This document shows positions 49,724 through 63,187 of a stretch of DNA of 64,000 nucleotides, piece after piece. Source of the DNA: a bacterium (GTDB lineage: Bacteria; JADJOY01); assembly GCA_046331705.1 (NCBI GenBank), contig JAXLQJ010000013.1, positions 62,001-126,000 on the forward strand, read 5' to 3'. Position numbers and translations under genes: made by a program. Each line of letters opens with the position of its first letter. Position 1 is the first letter of the stretch. The notes under the pieces are model-generated. The model saw only the letters and a program-made list of their open reading frames with translations, made no database searches and was not told the DNA's origin.

Positions 49724-51805
49724 CTACTCCTCTTCCTCTTCCGGACGACGCGCGGCGGCGATGATCTTCTCGGCGATGTGACCCGGCACCTCGTCGTAGT
49801 GCGAGAACTCCAGCGTGAAATCGCCACGATCGCCCGTGAGGCTCTTCAAGTCGGCGGCGTAGCGCAGCACCTCGGCGTAAGGAGCGGTGGCCTTGATCGT
49901 CTGCATCCCGCCGCCCGCGTCCATGCCCACGACCCGACCGCGGCGACGGATGATGTCGCCGTTGACGTCACCCATGCAATCGTCCGGGACGTTGATCTCG
50001 AGGTGCACGACCGGTTCGAGCAACACCGGCGAGCACTGCAGGAATCCCTTCTTGAAGCCCTTCGAGGCGGCGATCTGGAACGCCATGTCCGACGAGTCGA
50101 CGTCGTGGTACGAGCCGTCGAACAGCGTCACCTTCACGTCCACGACCGGATAGCCCGCCAGCACACCGCGCGCCATGGCGTCGCGAACGCCCTTCTCGCA
50201 GGAAGGGATGTACTGGCGCGGCACCACGCCGCCCACGATCTTGTCGACGAACTCGAACCCGCCGCCGCGCGGCAGCGGCTCGATCTCGAGCCAGGCGTCG
50301 CCGTATTGGCCGCGTCCACCGGTCTGGCGCTTGTGCCTGCCCTGCACCTGGGTGCGACCGCGGATGGTCTCGCGGTACGGCACCTTCGGCTCCTTGAGCT
50401 CGACCGAGACGCCGAACTTGCGTCGGATCTTCTCGACCGTCACCTCGACGTGCGCCTGCCCGAGGCCCGAGAGCAAGGTCTCGGACGTCTGCGGGTCCCG
50501 ACCCACGCGGATGAACGGGTCTTCCTCGCGCAGCCGATGCAACGCCGTGGCGAGCTTGTCCTCGTCGCCGCGCGACGCGGCCTGCACCGCGAACGTCACC
50601 GCCGCGGGGTACTCCTTGAGCGGCGGGTAGAGGATGGGATGCTTCTCGTCACACAGCGTGTCGCCGGTGAGCGTTTCCTTGAGCTTGGCGACGGCCACGA
50701 TCGTGCCGGGCCCCGCCGAGTCCACCGCCACCTGTTTCTTCCCTTCCAGCACGAAGAGATGCCCGAAGCGCTCGCGCGCCTCGCGCGTCGAGTTGTAGAA
50801 GCTGGAATCGGGGCGCAGTGTGCCGGAGATGACGCGGAAGACGCTCAGCCGGCCGGCGAACGGATCCGCGATGGTCTTCACGACCCGCGCGGAGAACGGC
50901 GCCGTGGGATCGGCGGTGCGCACGATCTCCGCGCCCGTCTTGGGGTCCTTGCCCACCACCGCCGCGTGCTCGGTGGGTGGCGGCACGGCGCGGTTGATGA
51001 GGTCCATGAGCACTTCCATGCCCACGCCTCGCAGTCCCGAGCCGGCGACCATCGGCACGAGGTTGCCCGCGCGCACCGCGGCGTCGAACGCGTGCTCGAC
51101 GTCGTCGTCGCTCAGATGCTCGTCCTCGAGATAACGCTCGAGCAGCGCATCGTCGGTTTCCGCCACCGCCTCGACCAGCGCCTTGCGACCTGCGTCCACC
51201 GCCGCACGCACGTCCGCGGGAAGCTCCGCTTCCTTGGCTTCGCCGCCGTCGGTCAGGGCGCCGAGGTACGCGCGCGCGTGAAGCAGGTCGGCCACCCCGC
51301 CGATGGTGCCGCCGGCCATGAGCGGAACGCTCACCGGCACGAGGCGCTTGCCGAAGCGCTCGCCGGCCTCGCCCACCAGGGCGTCGAGATCCGCGCGTTC
51401 CCGGTCCATCTTGGAGGCGAACACCACCAGCGGCAGCCCGAGCTCGCGGGCGCGCGCCGCGAGCCGCTCGCTCTGGATGCGGATCCCACCTTGCCCGTCC
51501 AGGACCAGCACGGCCGCGTCGGCGGCCTCGAGGCAGGTGTACGAGTCCGCCAGGAACACGCTGGTTCCCGGCGTGTCGACGATCGTGACGTCGAGCCCCT
51601 TCCAGCGGTAGTTGCCGAACGCGCTCGAGATGCTCGCGTGACGCTTGATCTCTTCGGGCTCGAAGTCGAGGACGGCGGTACCGTCCTCGACGCGACCCAA
51701 CCGATCGATCGCCTTGGCGCGAAAGAGAATGGACTCTGCGAGGGTCGTCTTCCCCGTGCCCACCTGGCCGATCAACGCGACATTCCGAACCTTCTGAGAT
51801 TCCAA
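49724..51805 (-). CDS. fusA: Elongation factor G paralogue (EF-G2-like)
   Basis: Full EF-G domain order (VRNVALIG, DTPG, VPYRETI, KRQTGGRGQYG, DGSYHDVDSS, LLEP) with divergent G motifs; TTG start. Confidence 0.92.
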   Translation of the reverse strand: MESQKVRNVALIGQVGTGKTTLAESILFRAKAIDRLGRVEDGTAVLDFEPEEIKRHASISSAFGNYRWKGLDVTIVDTPGTSVFLADSYTCLEAADAAVLVLDGQGGIRIQSERLAARARELGLPLVVFASKMDRERADLDALVGEAGERFGKRLVPVSVPLMAGGTIGGVADLLHARAYLGALTDGGEAKEAELPADVRAAVDAGRKALVEAVAETDDALLERYLEDEHLSDDDVEHAFDAAVRAGNLVPMVAGSGLRGVGMEVLMDLINRAVPPPTEHAAVVGKDPKTGAEIVRTADPTAPFSARVVKTIADPFAGRLSVFRVISGTLRPDSSFYNSTREARERFGHLFVLEGKKQVAVDSAGPGTIVAVAKLKETLTGDTLCDEKHPILYPPLKEYPAAVTFAVQAASRGDEDKLATALHRLREEDPFIRVGRDPQTSETLLSGLGQAHVEVTVEKIRRKFGVSVELKEPKVPYRETIRGRTQVQGRHKRQTGGRGQYGDAWLEIEPLPRGGGFEFVDKIVGGVVPRQYIPSCEKGVRDAMARGVLAGYPVVDVKVTLFDGSYHDVDSSDMAFQIAASKGFKKGFLQCSPVLLEPVVHLEINVPDDCMGDVNGDIIRRRGRVVGMDAGGGMQTIKATAPYAEVLRYAADLKSLTGDRGDFTLEFSHYDEVPGHIAEKIIAAARRPEEEEE

Positions 51806-51877
51806 GAAGGGCCCCCTTCGAGAACCCGCTCGTTCGCCTTGCTCCGGCGCTGCTCACGGCAGCGCGGAGCCCGTCGG

Positions 51878-51907
51878 AACCTACCGTAAGAAACGGCTGG
51901 AAAGCAA
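51878..51907 (-). promoter_or_regulatory. Putative sigma70 promoter for fusA2-hyp-mglA
   Basis: Minus strand TTGCTT-N18-TAGGTT, followed by a leader hairpin at 51841-51870. Confidence 0.5.
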
Positions 51908-52074
51908 CGAATCTCTTCCGAAATCCGCCATGAACGCGCGTGCTGGCCGGGGGTGGTCGCGGGGGCGACGCGGCGGCCCGCGCGGAGGGCCGCGGCCGCG
52001 CGGCGAGGCCCCCCGGGCTCGCTCCGCTCGGCTGGGGCGCCCGGGCTTGGCGCGCCTTCCGGCCGATCACCCGC

Positions 52075-52842
52075 TCACTGGTTGCGCTCGTGCAGAATGC
52101 GCAGGCCCGTGAGGGTCAGCAGCTCGTCGACCTCTTCGATGGTCTCGGTCTCGCTCGCCACCAGCGGCGCGATCCCGCCCGTCGCGATGACCGCGGGCTT
52201 CTCGCCGCCCATCTCCTGGATGATGCGCCGGACCAGCGCGTCCACCAGCCCGGCGTAGCCGAAGATCAGCCCCGATTGCATCGAGTGCACGGTGGTCTTG
52301 CCGATCGCGGAGCGGGGACGCAGCAGCTCGACGCGCGGCAGCTTGGACGCGTGCTGGAAGAGCGCTTCGGTCGAGATGCCGAGGCCTGGCGCGATCGCCC
52401 CCCCCAGATACTCGCCGCGCCCCGACACCACGTCGAAGGTCGTGGCGGTGCCGAAGTCCACGACGATGCACGCGCGCTTCACCTTCTCGTAGGCGGCGAC
52501 CGAGTTCACGATTCGATCGGCGCCCACCTCGCGCGGGCTGTCGTAGAGGATCGCCATGCCGGTGCGAATCCCGGGCCCGACGAACTGCGGCTCGAGCCGA
52601 AAGAACTTCCGCGCCACCTCGGTCACGGTCGGGATCATGGGCGGCACCACGCACGACACCATGCACGCGGTGACGTCTCGCTCCGGCACGCGCTCGTGGG
52701 CGTAGAGCTCGTGGATCAAGATCCCGTACTCGTCGCTGGTGCGACTCTTGTCGGTGGTGAGCCGCCAGCTCTGCACCAGGCGCTCGCCGTCGAAGAGCCC
52801 GAGCACGATGTTGGTGTTGCCCACGTCCACGACCATCAACAT
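52075..52842 (-). CDS. coaX: Type III pantothenate kinase
   Basis: [21 protein letters not shown] and GGAIAPG motifs. Confidence 0.96.
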   Translation of the reverse strand: MLMVVDVGNTNIVLGLFDGERLVQSWRLTTDKSRTSDEYGILIHELYAHERVPERDVTACMVSCVVPPMIPTVTEVARKFFRLEPQFVGPGIRTGMAILYDSPREVGADRIVNSVAAYEKVKRACIVVDFGTATTFDVVSGRGEYLGGAIAPGLGISTEALFQHASKLPRVELLRPRSAIGKTTVHSMQSGLIFGYAGLVDALVRRIIQEMGGEKPAVIATGGIAPLVASETETIEEVDELLTLTGLRILHERNQ

Positions 52843-53894
52843 GGCGACGCTCCTTCCGCGGCGAACGCGGTGATTTCCCCCGAGTGCAACGCGATGCGCT
52901 CGCCGTCCTCGAGCTCCACCGTGAGCGCGCCGTCGGGGCCGACGCCGAGCGCCCTGCCGACGAAGCGGCGCGCGCCGAGGTCCACCTCGACGCGCCGCCC
53001 GCGCACGGCGCTGGTCGCCTCGATCTCGGGGAGGAAGGGCTCGAGCCCCGCCGCGGCGAAACGATCATAGGCGGGCTCGAAGTGATTCAGGAAGGCCGCC
53101 AGCACGTGCGCCCGTCGAAACGGTCGACCGCCCGCCTCGATGCGCAAGCTGGTGGCGAGCTCGCGCAGCTCGGGGGGGAAATCGTCGACCACCGCGTTGA
53201 CGTTGAGACCGACGCCGACCACGACGTGATGCACTTGATCCAGCTCGGCGCTGAGCTCGGTGAGAATGCCGGCGAGCTTGCGGGGTCCACAATAGAGATC
53301 GTTCGGCCACTTGATGCCCGGCGCGAACCCGGCGACCTCGGTCACGGCGCGCGCCAGCGCGAGCCCGGCCACGAGCGTCACCGGTCCCACCTGGTGCGTC
53401 GCGATCGCGGGCCTCAGCACCAGCGAAAGGTAGAGGTTGAGCCCCGCCGGCGAATGCCAGGTGCGACCGCGCCGCCCGCGCCCCGCGGTCTGGGTCTCCG
53501 CGACCACGACGGTGCCCTCGGGATGGCCAGCTCGCGCCCGCGCCGTGGCGGTGTCCATCGTGGACTCGAGGAGCGCGTAGCACTCGAGGTGCTGGCCGAA
53601 GCGGCGCGTGGTGAGCGCCGGGGCCACCAGCTCCGGTCGCAGCCGATCCTCGATGGTCACGAGGCGGTACCCATGGCCGCTGAGCGCCTCGATGGCGCAA
53701 CCGCCGCGACGCAGGCTCGCGATCGCCTTCCACACCGCAGCGCGCGAGACGCCGAGCGAGCGCGCCAGCGATTCACCGGAGACCCGCCCCGCGCCGGCTC
53801 GTTCGAGCGCCGCGAGCACCCGCGCCGCGGTGGACCAGGTCGCCTCGCCGGCCTCCGGCGCCTCCGAGGCGTCGCGCGCGCGACCGAGCCCCAT
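52836..53894 (-). CDS. birA: Bifunctional biotin ligase/repressor
   Basis: HTH ([16 protein letters not shown]), [15 protein letters not shown] and KLAGIL motifs. Confidence 0.95.
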   Translation of the reverse strand: MGLGRARDASEAPEAGEATWSTAARVLAALERAGAGRVSGESLARSLGVSRAAVWKAIASLRRGGCAIEALSGHGYRLVTIEDRLRPELVAPALTTRRFGQHLECYALLESTMDTATARARAGHPEGTVVVAETQTAGRGRRGRTWHSPAGLNLYLSLVLRPAIATHQVGPVTLVAGLALARAVTEVAGFAPGIKWPNDLYCGPRKLAGILTELSAELDQVHHVVVGVGLNVNAVVDDFPPELRELATSLRIEAGGRPFRRAHVLAAFLNHFEPAYDRFAAAGLEPFLPEIEATSAVRGRRVEVDLGARRFVGRALGVGPDGALTVELEDGERIALHSGEITAFAAEGASPC

Positions 53895-53916
53895 CGCACC
53901 CGCTCGTTTCCACCGC

Positions 53917-54776
53917 TCAGGATCGCGTTTCCCGCGCGACCACCAGGTGCACGTCCGCCCACGGCGCCGAGTGGGTGAGCGCACCGACGCTGATCCGGTC
54001 GACGCCGGTGGCCGCGACCGCGGCGACACGCTCGAGGCTCATGCCACCCGAAGCCTCCAGCAGCGCGCGGCCCGCCGTGCGCCGCACGGCCTCGCCGAGC
54101 CCCGCGAGATCGAAGTTGTCGAGCAGGATCCAATCGGGGATCGGATCGAACGCGAGCGCCTGGTCGAGCTCGTCGAGATTCCGCACCTCGATCTCGATCG
54201 GCCGCGGCGCGCCGCTCGCCTGGATGCGGCCCAGCGCCGCGGCGATCCCGCCGGCCGCGTCGATGTGATTGTTCTTGATGAGCACGGCGTCGAAGAGACC
54301 GATGCGGTGATTGCGGCCGCCACCCATCCGCACCGCGTACTTGGCGAGCATGCGCAGCCCGGGCAGCGTCTTGCGGGTATCGACCACGTGGGCGCGCGTG
54401 CCCGCGACGGCGTCGGCGAAACGCCGCGTGAGCGTGGCGATGCCGCTCAGGTGGCCGAGCAGATTCAGCGCCACGCGCTCGCCGGCCAGCAGCGTGCCGA
54501 ACGAGCCCGCGATCCGCGCCAGCTCGGCGCCGCGCTCGACGCGATCGCCGTCGGCTGCGCGCAGACTCACCTCCACCGACGGCTCGAGGAGCGCGAACAC
54601 GCGCGTGGCGGCGCTCAGCCCGGCGACCACCAGCGGCTGCTGGGCTTCGATCACCGCTTTGCCGGGGATGCGATCGACGCCCACGCCGAGCGTCGTGCAA
54701 TCGCCTGCTCCCAGGTCCTCCGCCAGCGCCCGGCGCAAGAGCGCGTCGAGCTCCGCGGGATCGAGCCCGAGCTCCA

Positions 54777-54777
<1 letters not shown>
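53917..54777 (-). CDS. nadC: Nicotinate-nucleotide pyrophosphorylase (carboxylating)
   Basis: ERVALN, DTRKTLPG, NHR.GL.D, EIEV, LLDN, EASGG and ISVGALTHS motifs. Confidence 0.96.
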
Positions 54778-57437
<2,660 letters not shown>

Positions 57438-57627
57438 GGTCTTCGTTGCTTTCGCGCGTCCACCCGCGCCGAAGCGTGCGCCGCGCTGGCTTCCGTGCGC
57501 GTGGACGAATGGGCGCCGCGAGCGCCCTGGGAATCGCCGAAAACTATCCCGGACCGAGCGGCGCGTCAGCTTCGCAAGCGGACGCGGCCGGCCCGCTCGC
57601 GATGCGGCGCCGCGCCGGCCGCGGCGC

Positions 57628-58899
57628 TCACCCGCGCGCGGCCTTGCGAATGCGCGCGATCTCTTCCTCGACGCGCTTCTCCGCCGTTTCCAGGGCGACG
57701 CGACGCGCGATGCGCTCGACGAGCTGGTGGGCGACCTTGCGCACGGCGTCGGCCATGTCCGGTCGGATCTTCTGCAGCACGCGCAGCAACTCCTCTTCCG
57801 TGGCATGAGCGGCGCTGCGCACCAGCGCCTCGATCGATTCGTCGGATCCCGGCGCGCCGGTTGGCTTCGATCGCAGCGTCGAGGCGGTGTGTTGCGCGCC
57901 GGCGGATCCCGTGCTCGGCCCGGTGGGTCCGGTGTCGCGGGCACGCACGCCGCCGATCGGCGTGACCGTCGCTGCGGCGGGTTTCGCACCGCCGGGCGCA
58001 CCCGCGCGCACCTTCTCGCGCAGGTCCGCCAGCTCGTCGCGGCTCATCATCATGGTCTGGTAGTTGGCGATCTCCTCGTCGCCGCTCGCCTCGCCCGACT
58101 TCTTCGCCCGCAGCTGGGCGTCGAGCTCGTCCTTCGACATCATCAGCGTGTGACTGGTCTCCGCCTTCGCCTCCGGCTTGGGCTCGTCGCGGGACGCGCG
58201 CGCCGCGACACCCATCGTGCTGCGCAGCGCCTGGAGATCGTCGCGGCTGACGACCACGGTGCGATCGCCGCCGGTGCCGAAGCCGATCTCCTCCGCCAGC
58301 TCCTCGGCCCGCGACTTGAGTCCCTTGGGGCGTCTGGCGGCGACCGAGTCACCGCGGTCCAGCTCGCCGGCCAGATCGAAGAAGTCGCCGCCACCGCCGA
58401 GCGCGTCCACGACCTCGGCCGATTCCGGCCCGTCCTCGCCGCCGGCGGCTCCCCGCGCGGCGCGCGGCGCCGAGGTGGTGAGCTCCATCTCGGGCCCATC
58501 GTCCGCGACTCCGGGCGGAAGCGATCCGGTCCCCGGCTCGCGCATCAGCCGGTAGATCTGGTCGATCAGCTCCTTGGAGCGAAACGGCCGGCCCACGATG
58601 CCGTCGATCCCACCGCCGCGCACCGCCGCCTCGAGCGACGCGACGTCGTCGCCCATGAGCAGGTTCGGGATGCCCGCGGTGACCGGTTGACGGCGCAGCT
58701 CGCGCAACAGCTCCGCACCGCTTCGGTCCGGCAGCTGCGCCGCCGCCAGCACCAGCGATGGCTCGTCCTCGGCGACGCGTTCCAGCGCCGCCGCGGCGGT
58801 CGCGACCGTCACGACCTCGAAGAACTCCGCGTGCAGCGTGAGCTCCAGCGTACGCTGGCTGTTCTCGTCCGCGTCGACCAGCAGGATCTTTCCGGCCAC
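57628..58899 (-). CDS. RomR-like response regulator with an atypical receiver
   Basis: N-terminal receiver fold, disordered linker and C-terminal helix [24 protein letters not shown] resembling RomR-C; directly upstream of valS. Confidence 0.65.
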   Translation of the reverse strand: MAGKILLVDADENSQRTLELTLHAEFFEVVTVATAAAALERVAEDEPSLVLAAAQLPDRSGAELLRELRRQPVTAGIPNLLMGDDVASLEAAVRGGGIDGIVGRPFRSKELIDQIYRLMREPGTGSLPPGVADDGPEMELTTSAPRAARGAAGGEDGPESAEVVDALGGGGDFFDLAGELDRGDSVAARRPKGLKSRAEELAEEIGFGTGGDRTVVVSRDDLQALRSTMGVAARASRDEPKPEAKAETSHTLMMSKDELDAQLRAKKSGEASGDEEIANYQTMMMSRDELADLREKVRAGAPGGAKPAAATVTPIGGVRARDTGPTGPSTGSAGAQHTASTLRSKPTGAPGSDESIEALVRSAAHATEEELLRVLQKIRPDMADAVRKVAHQLVERIARRVALETAEKRVEEEIARIRKAARG

Positions 58900-58978
58900 G
58901 TACGCCTCCTCGGGATTCGCGGCGTAGCGTTACCACACCCCTCGCCGAGGCGTCAATTTTCACCGCATTCTTGGGCAC

Positions 58979-60034
58979 TTACGGAGAGTGATCGAGGGCC
59001 ACGCCGAGCCCCTGGGCGGGTGGATCGAGCTGGGTCGTGGCAAACCACAGCTGTCGCGCACCGAGCTTGCCGAGGAGCCACGGCTCGCGCTCGTCGGCGC
59101 CGATCGTGAGCGTGAGCGGGGGCGACTCGGCCAGCACGGGGTTGTACGGCGACGACGTCCAGACGCCGCCGTCGTACGAGGCCGCTTCGCCGATCGAGAA
59201 GTCGTTCTCCGCCATGCCTTCGAACCACAACCGAAAGACGGTCCGCCCCGTCGCCGTCTGCTCGATCGCGAGCGCCGGCGCCGCGATTCGCGCCTCGTTC
59301 CAGGTGCCAGCCTCGCCTCGTTCGAGGATCGCGCCGCCGCCGTCGGGACCCACCCTCGTCCAGGCGATGCCGTCGGCCGACACCGCGATCCCGAGCGCCA
59401 CGCCGTCGCCCACCTCGTACGCCATCCAGAGACGTCCGTCGGGCGCCTCGGCCACGGCAGGCGCGCGCACCGAGCCGCGCTCCCACGCTTCGGCGGCGAC
59501 CAGCACGGGCGTGCGCGGCTCCTTGCTCCAACGCACGCCGTCGGCGGAGACCGCGCGACCGATGCCGGCGCCGTCGCCGCCCGTGTACCAAGCCTCGAAG
59601 CGGCCCGCTCGCTCGATCGCCGAGAGGCCGCGGACGCGGCCTTGCTCCCAACCCTCGGTGGCGCGCAGCACCGAGCTCGCGCGCTCCCACGCGAGACCAC
59701 CGGGCGCCGCGTACGCGCGACCGATGGCGCCCGTCGCGTCGCTCGCGAAGTAGAGCGCGGTGCCACCGTCGGCGAGCTCGAGCGCGCACGGGTCGTGAAG
59801 CTGGTCGCCGAGCGGCGCGGCCAGGCTCACCGCCTGGATCCCGAGCGCGTTCGAGCGATCGGGCAGCTGATCGAGCTTCTGCCACGCATCCGTACCGGTG
59901 AAATCGATCCCTTCGCTCGCCTCGCCGAACTTGTTCGCACCGCAGCCCGCCAGCGCCACGAGAATCGGCACCAGCCACCGTGCGCGCGTGCGAGACGGAA
60001 GGCGAGCGACGCGACCCGCGAGGACGAAGCTCAT
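58979..60034 (-). CDS. Lipoprotein with a glycosidase-like beta-propeller (GH43/GH32/GH130-like)
   Basis: Lipobox LAGC; repeated blades IGRA.S.DG..W...PVL..WE..V..P. Confidence 0.7.
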   Translation of the reverse strand: MSFVLAGRVARLPSRTRARWLVPILVALAGCGANKFGEASEGIDFTGTDAWQKLDQLPDRSNALGIQAVSLAAPLGDQLHDPCALELADGGTALYFASDATGAIGRAYAAPGGLAWERASSVLRATEGWEQGRVRGLSAIERAGRFEAWYTGGDGAGIGRAVSADGVRWSKEPRTPVLVAAEAWERGSVRAPAVAEAPDGRLWMAYEVGDGVALGIAVSADGIAWTRVGPDGGGAILERGEAGTWNEARIAAPALAIEQTATGRTVFRLWFEGMAENDFSIGEAASYDGGVWTSSPYNPVLAESPPLTLTIGADEREPWLLGKLGARQLWFATTQLDPPAQGLGVALDHSP

Positions 60035-60045
60035 GGCACCAGCGC

Positions 60046-61392
60046 TCAGAAGTGGATGGTGAGCACGGCGCCCGCCACCCACCGATCGCCGCCGAACACG
60101 AGATCGCCGACGGGATCGGTGGGGTCGGTCTTGTCCGCCGTGCGGCGCGCGAAGTCGAAGTACTGACCGTGGACGTCGAGATCGGCATCGTGAAGCAGGA
60201 TTCCCCACGGGTCGCGAAACCGAAAGCCGAGCCCCGCGGAAACGACGTGCTTGTCCGAGTCGAGAAGATTCTGCACGCCGAGCGGCCGCGGCGTGGGCGT
60301 GGGCTCGTAGCCGTAGCCGACGCGGATCGCGACGAGACCCAGCGGCGCCTCGGGCGGACGCCACTCGATGCCCACGCGCGGCGTGACGACGTCGTGGAAA
60401 TCCGGATCGATGGGCGCGCGAATGGTCGGTACCGGTAGCAGCGCGCCCAGCGCCCCGCCCACCTTCACCACACCGCGCACTCCCGGATCCTCGGCGGCGC
60501 CCCAGTTCCACCACGTGAGGTCGGCGCTCACCGTGACCTCGCTGGTGGGATCCCAGGCCACGCCGGCGGCGACCTGCTGGGGCGTGTAGTAGAAGGTCTG
60601 ATCGACCAGCAACAGGATGTCGGCGCCGAGCGACGACTCGGGCACCACCAGCAGCGCGATGCTCGCCGGGATCCGCAGCGGGAAGTTGGTCTCGCCGCGA
60701 TAGGCCAAGCCGATCCGCCACGCCTCGGCGGGTCGCCACCGCACTCCCGCCGAAGGAAAGAAGCGCGAGCCGATCGCGATGGTGCCCGAGCCACCCGCTC
60801 CTTGGGGAAACGCCGTCGCCTCGACGGAGACGTCCCCACCGAGCTCGGCGCCGAGCGAGAAGCCCGCGCCGAAGTCGAGCCCGGGAACGATCTCGACCCC
60901 ACTGGTGAAGAGGATCTCCGCGCGCTGCGTGCGGTTGAACAGCAAGACGTAGTTGGGCTGCAGCGGTTCGAGGGAGCTGGCGCGGATCACGCCCTCGTTC
61001 GGCAGCAGGAAGCCGAACGAAAGGCCGACGCCCCGTCCGCCCATCTGGCCGCTGGCGGAGAACCCCGCCACCAGCGCGCCCAGCTTCGTCTCCCGCAGCT
61101 CCAACGCCTCGCCGTTGAGCGACAGGTCCGAGAACGTCTGCAGATAACCGAGGCCGAGCCGCACGTCGGAGCCGCCGACCACGCCTGCCGGGTTGTAGTA
61201 GCTCGCTTCGAAACCATCCGCGAGCGCGGTGTAGGCGTTGCCGAGCGCCGCGGCACGCGAGCCGTAGCCGAAGAGATCGAACGGATGTGCCCACGCCGGA
61301 GCGGCCGACGCGCTCACGCACGCCCACGCAACGAGCACCCGCACGACGACGCCGAGCGGATTCGCCCACCCTGCCGCTCGCCGCGCGCTCAT
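60046..61392 (-). CDS. FadL/OmpP1-like outer-membrane beta-barrel
   Basis: Signal peptide, FGYGSRAAALGNA.TA.A..YYNPAG hatch motif and C-terminal Phe. Confidence 0.82.
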   Translation of the reverse strand: MSARRAAGWANPLGVVVRVLVAWACVSASAAPAWAHPFDLFGYGSRAAALGNAYTALADGFEASYYNPAGVVGGSDVRLGLGYLQTFSDLSLNGEALELRETKLGALVAGFSASGQMGGRGVGLSFGFLLPNEGVIRASSLEPLQPNYVLLFNRTQRAEILFTSGVEIVPGLDFGAGFSLGAELGGDVSVEATAFPQGAGGSGTIAIGSRFFPSAGVRWRPAEAWRIGLAYRGETNFPLRIPASIALLVVPESSLGADILLLVDQTFYYTPQQVAAGVAWDPTSEVTVSADLTWWNWGAAEDPGVRGVVKVGGALGALLPVPTIRAPIDPDFHDVVTPRVGIEWRPPEAPLGLVAIRVGYGYEPTPTPRPLGVQNLLDSDKHVVSAGLGFRFRDPWGILLHDADLDVHGQYFDFARRTADKTDPTDPVGDLVFGGDRWVAGAVLTIHF

Positions 61393-62744
61393 GGGAAGGT
61401 CACCCGCAACGCGATGCCGTACACACCCAGCCAGCCGCGCCCCGTGACCGTGACGTCGGTGTCCGTGGGCGACAGCGACGCCGGGACGAACCGCCGCTCG
61501 CTGGCGAGCACGTGCGCCTGCGCGTAGGTCTCGATCTCGAGCCGCGGGTCGTCGGGCTCGAGCCACGGCTCACCGACCACCCAGTCGAGCCCGAGCGTCA
61601 CCACGTGCCGGGCGTTGAAGAAGAGCAGCGGGTCGTCCGCGGGGTCGCCCGGCGACGGCTCGTACGCGTAGCCGAGCCGCAGCACGAAGGGCCAACCCGC
61701 GTCCGAGGCGCGGAAATCGCGTTCCAGACCCAGACGCGGCGAGACCGTGTCCGAGACCCGCGGATCGGGCACCGGCGATTCCAGGACCGCGAGGCTCGGG
61801 TCGGGCAGCAAGCCGTCGAGGCCGACCACGGCCACGCGAATGCGCGGCGACGGCAGCTCCGACCAGCGCTCCCACGCCAGATCGGTGGTGAGCGACCAGC
61901 CCGGCGCCGGTCGCCACGCGGCACCGGCGACCAGCTCGCGCGGCACGAAGAACGTCTGGCTGCTCAGCTCCAACATCGCGGGAAAGCCGAGATCGAAATC
62001 CGCCGGTAGCGCGAAGTCCTCCTTGAAGCTGTCGCGGTACACGAGGCCGAACGACCAAGCGTCGAGGGCTGGCGAGATCGCCGTGCCGTCGAGCTCCAAG
62101 CCGATCCGCGGCATGTAGTCGCCGAGGAGCTCGAGGTCGGTCGAGAGCTCGAAGCTCCCGGTGCGCCCCACCGCCCCGCTCACCGAGTTCGGGGAGTCGA
62201 GCAAGTGGATCTCGAGCCCGGCGCCGATCCGGAACCCGGGGACGATGCGGATGCCGAGCGCCGTGGCGATGATCGCGCGCTCGGTCGCGTTCTGATACGG
62301 GAGGAAGAAAGGCTCGCCGAGACCCGGCAGCTCGATGCGGATGACGCGGGCGTCGTCGGTCGGCAGGTGCAGCACGAAGCCGAAGAAGAGCCGATCCGCG
62401 AGCGGCCCCCCCAGCGGGATCGGCGTCGCGACGCCCGTGGACACACCCACGTTCGGGTCCTCGACGCTGCCGGCCACCCCCGCTTCCAGATCCTCGGTGA
62501 AGAGCGCCACGCTCGCGAAGAGGCTCAGCGAATCGGAGTGCGCGAGCGCCGCCGGGTTGTAGAAGGTCGACTCCGGGCCTCGGCACGCCGCCGTCAGCGC
62601 GCCGGCCAATGCCGGGCCGCGACCGCCCGAGCCGTAGAGATCCTCGACGCTGGCGCGTGCGGGACGCGACGCGACGAGCAGCACGCCCACGAGCGCGAGC
62701 GCCGCACCCTGACGAGCACCGGCGCGCTGCGAGCGCGCGGTCAC
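61389..62744 (-). CDS. FadL/OmpP1-like outer-membrane beta-barrel
   Basis: Signal peptide, YGSGGR..ALAGA.TA...FYNPAAL and LRLGYAYEPSP motifs. Confidence 0.8.
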   Translation of the reverse strand: MTARSQRAGARQGAALALVGVLLVASRPARASVEDLYGSGGRGPALAGALTAACRGPESTFYNPAALAHSDSLSLFASVALFTEDLEAGVAGSVEDPNVGVSTGVATPIPLGGPLADRLFFGFVLHLPTDDARVIRIELPGLGEPFFLPYQNATERAIIATALGIRIVPGFRIGAGLEIHLLDSPNSVSGAVGRTGSFELSTDLELLGDYMPRIGLELDGTAISPALDAWSFGLVYRDSFKEDFALPADFDLGFPAMLELSSQTFFVPRELVAGAAWRPAPGWSLTTDLAWERWSELPSPRIRVAVVGLDGLLPDPSLAVLESPVPDPRVSDTVSPRLGLERDFRASDAGWPFVLRLGYAYEPSPGDPADDPLLFFNARHVVTLGLDWVVGEPWLEPDDPRLEIETYAQAHVLASERRFVPASLSPTDTDVTVTGRGWLGVYGIALRVTFP

Positions 62745-63187
62745 GGCCGTCCCTCGCCATCGACGTGCGTGGAGAGAGCCTCGAACGCCATCGGTGGCGT
62801 GGGTGCGAGCGAGCGGTGCGCGAGCGTCCACGCGTAGGCGATCGCGCACAGCCAGAAGAGCGCTCCCACGTTGATCGCCAGAGCGACGGGGCCGAACGCC
62901 TGCGCACCCGGCTCGCGACCGGCCACTCGCGCGACCAGCGCCGTCACCGCGGCGACCAGCACCGCCGCCCCGCCCGCGAGCGCGGCGCGTCCGTACCAGT
63001 CCATCGCCGGGCTCGCGGGCGTGCCGGCATGACTCGCCGTCACCCAACGCCGCGCCAGCGGCTCGTACCACGGCACGGCCACCGTGCGAAACGACGTGCT
63101 CGTGAACACCAGCGCGAACGCCAGCACGAACGCCGCGCCGGTCACGGCGCGAAACGACGCCGGCGAGAGCGCGCGCCGCTCGCTCAC
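62741..63187 (-). CDS. Small membrane protein
   Basis: Three TM segments with a PWYEP..W..MDWYG loop; GTGA overlaps on both sides. Confidence 0.6.
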   Translation of the reverse strand: MSERRALSPASFRAVTGAAFVLAFALVFTSTSFRTVAVPWYEPLARRWVTASHAGTPASPAMDWYGRAALAGGAAVLVAAVTALVARVAGREPGAQAFGPVALAINVGALFWLCAIAYAWTLAHRSLAPTPPMAFEALSTHVDGEGRP

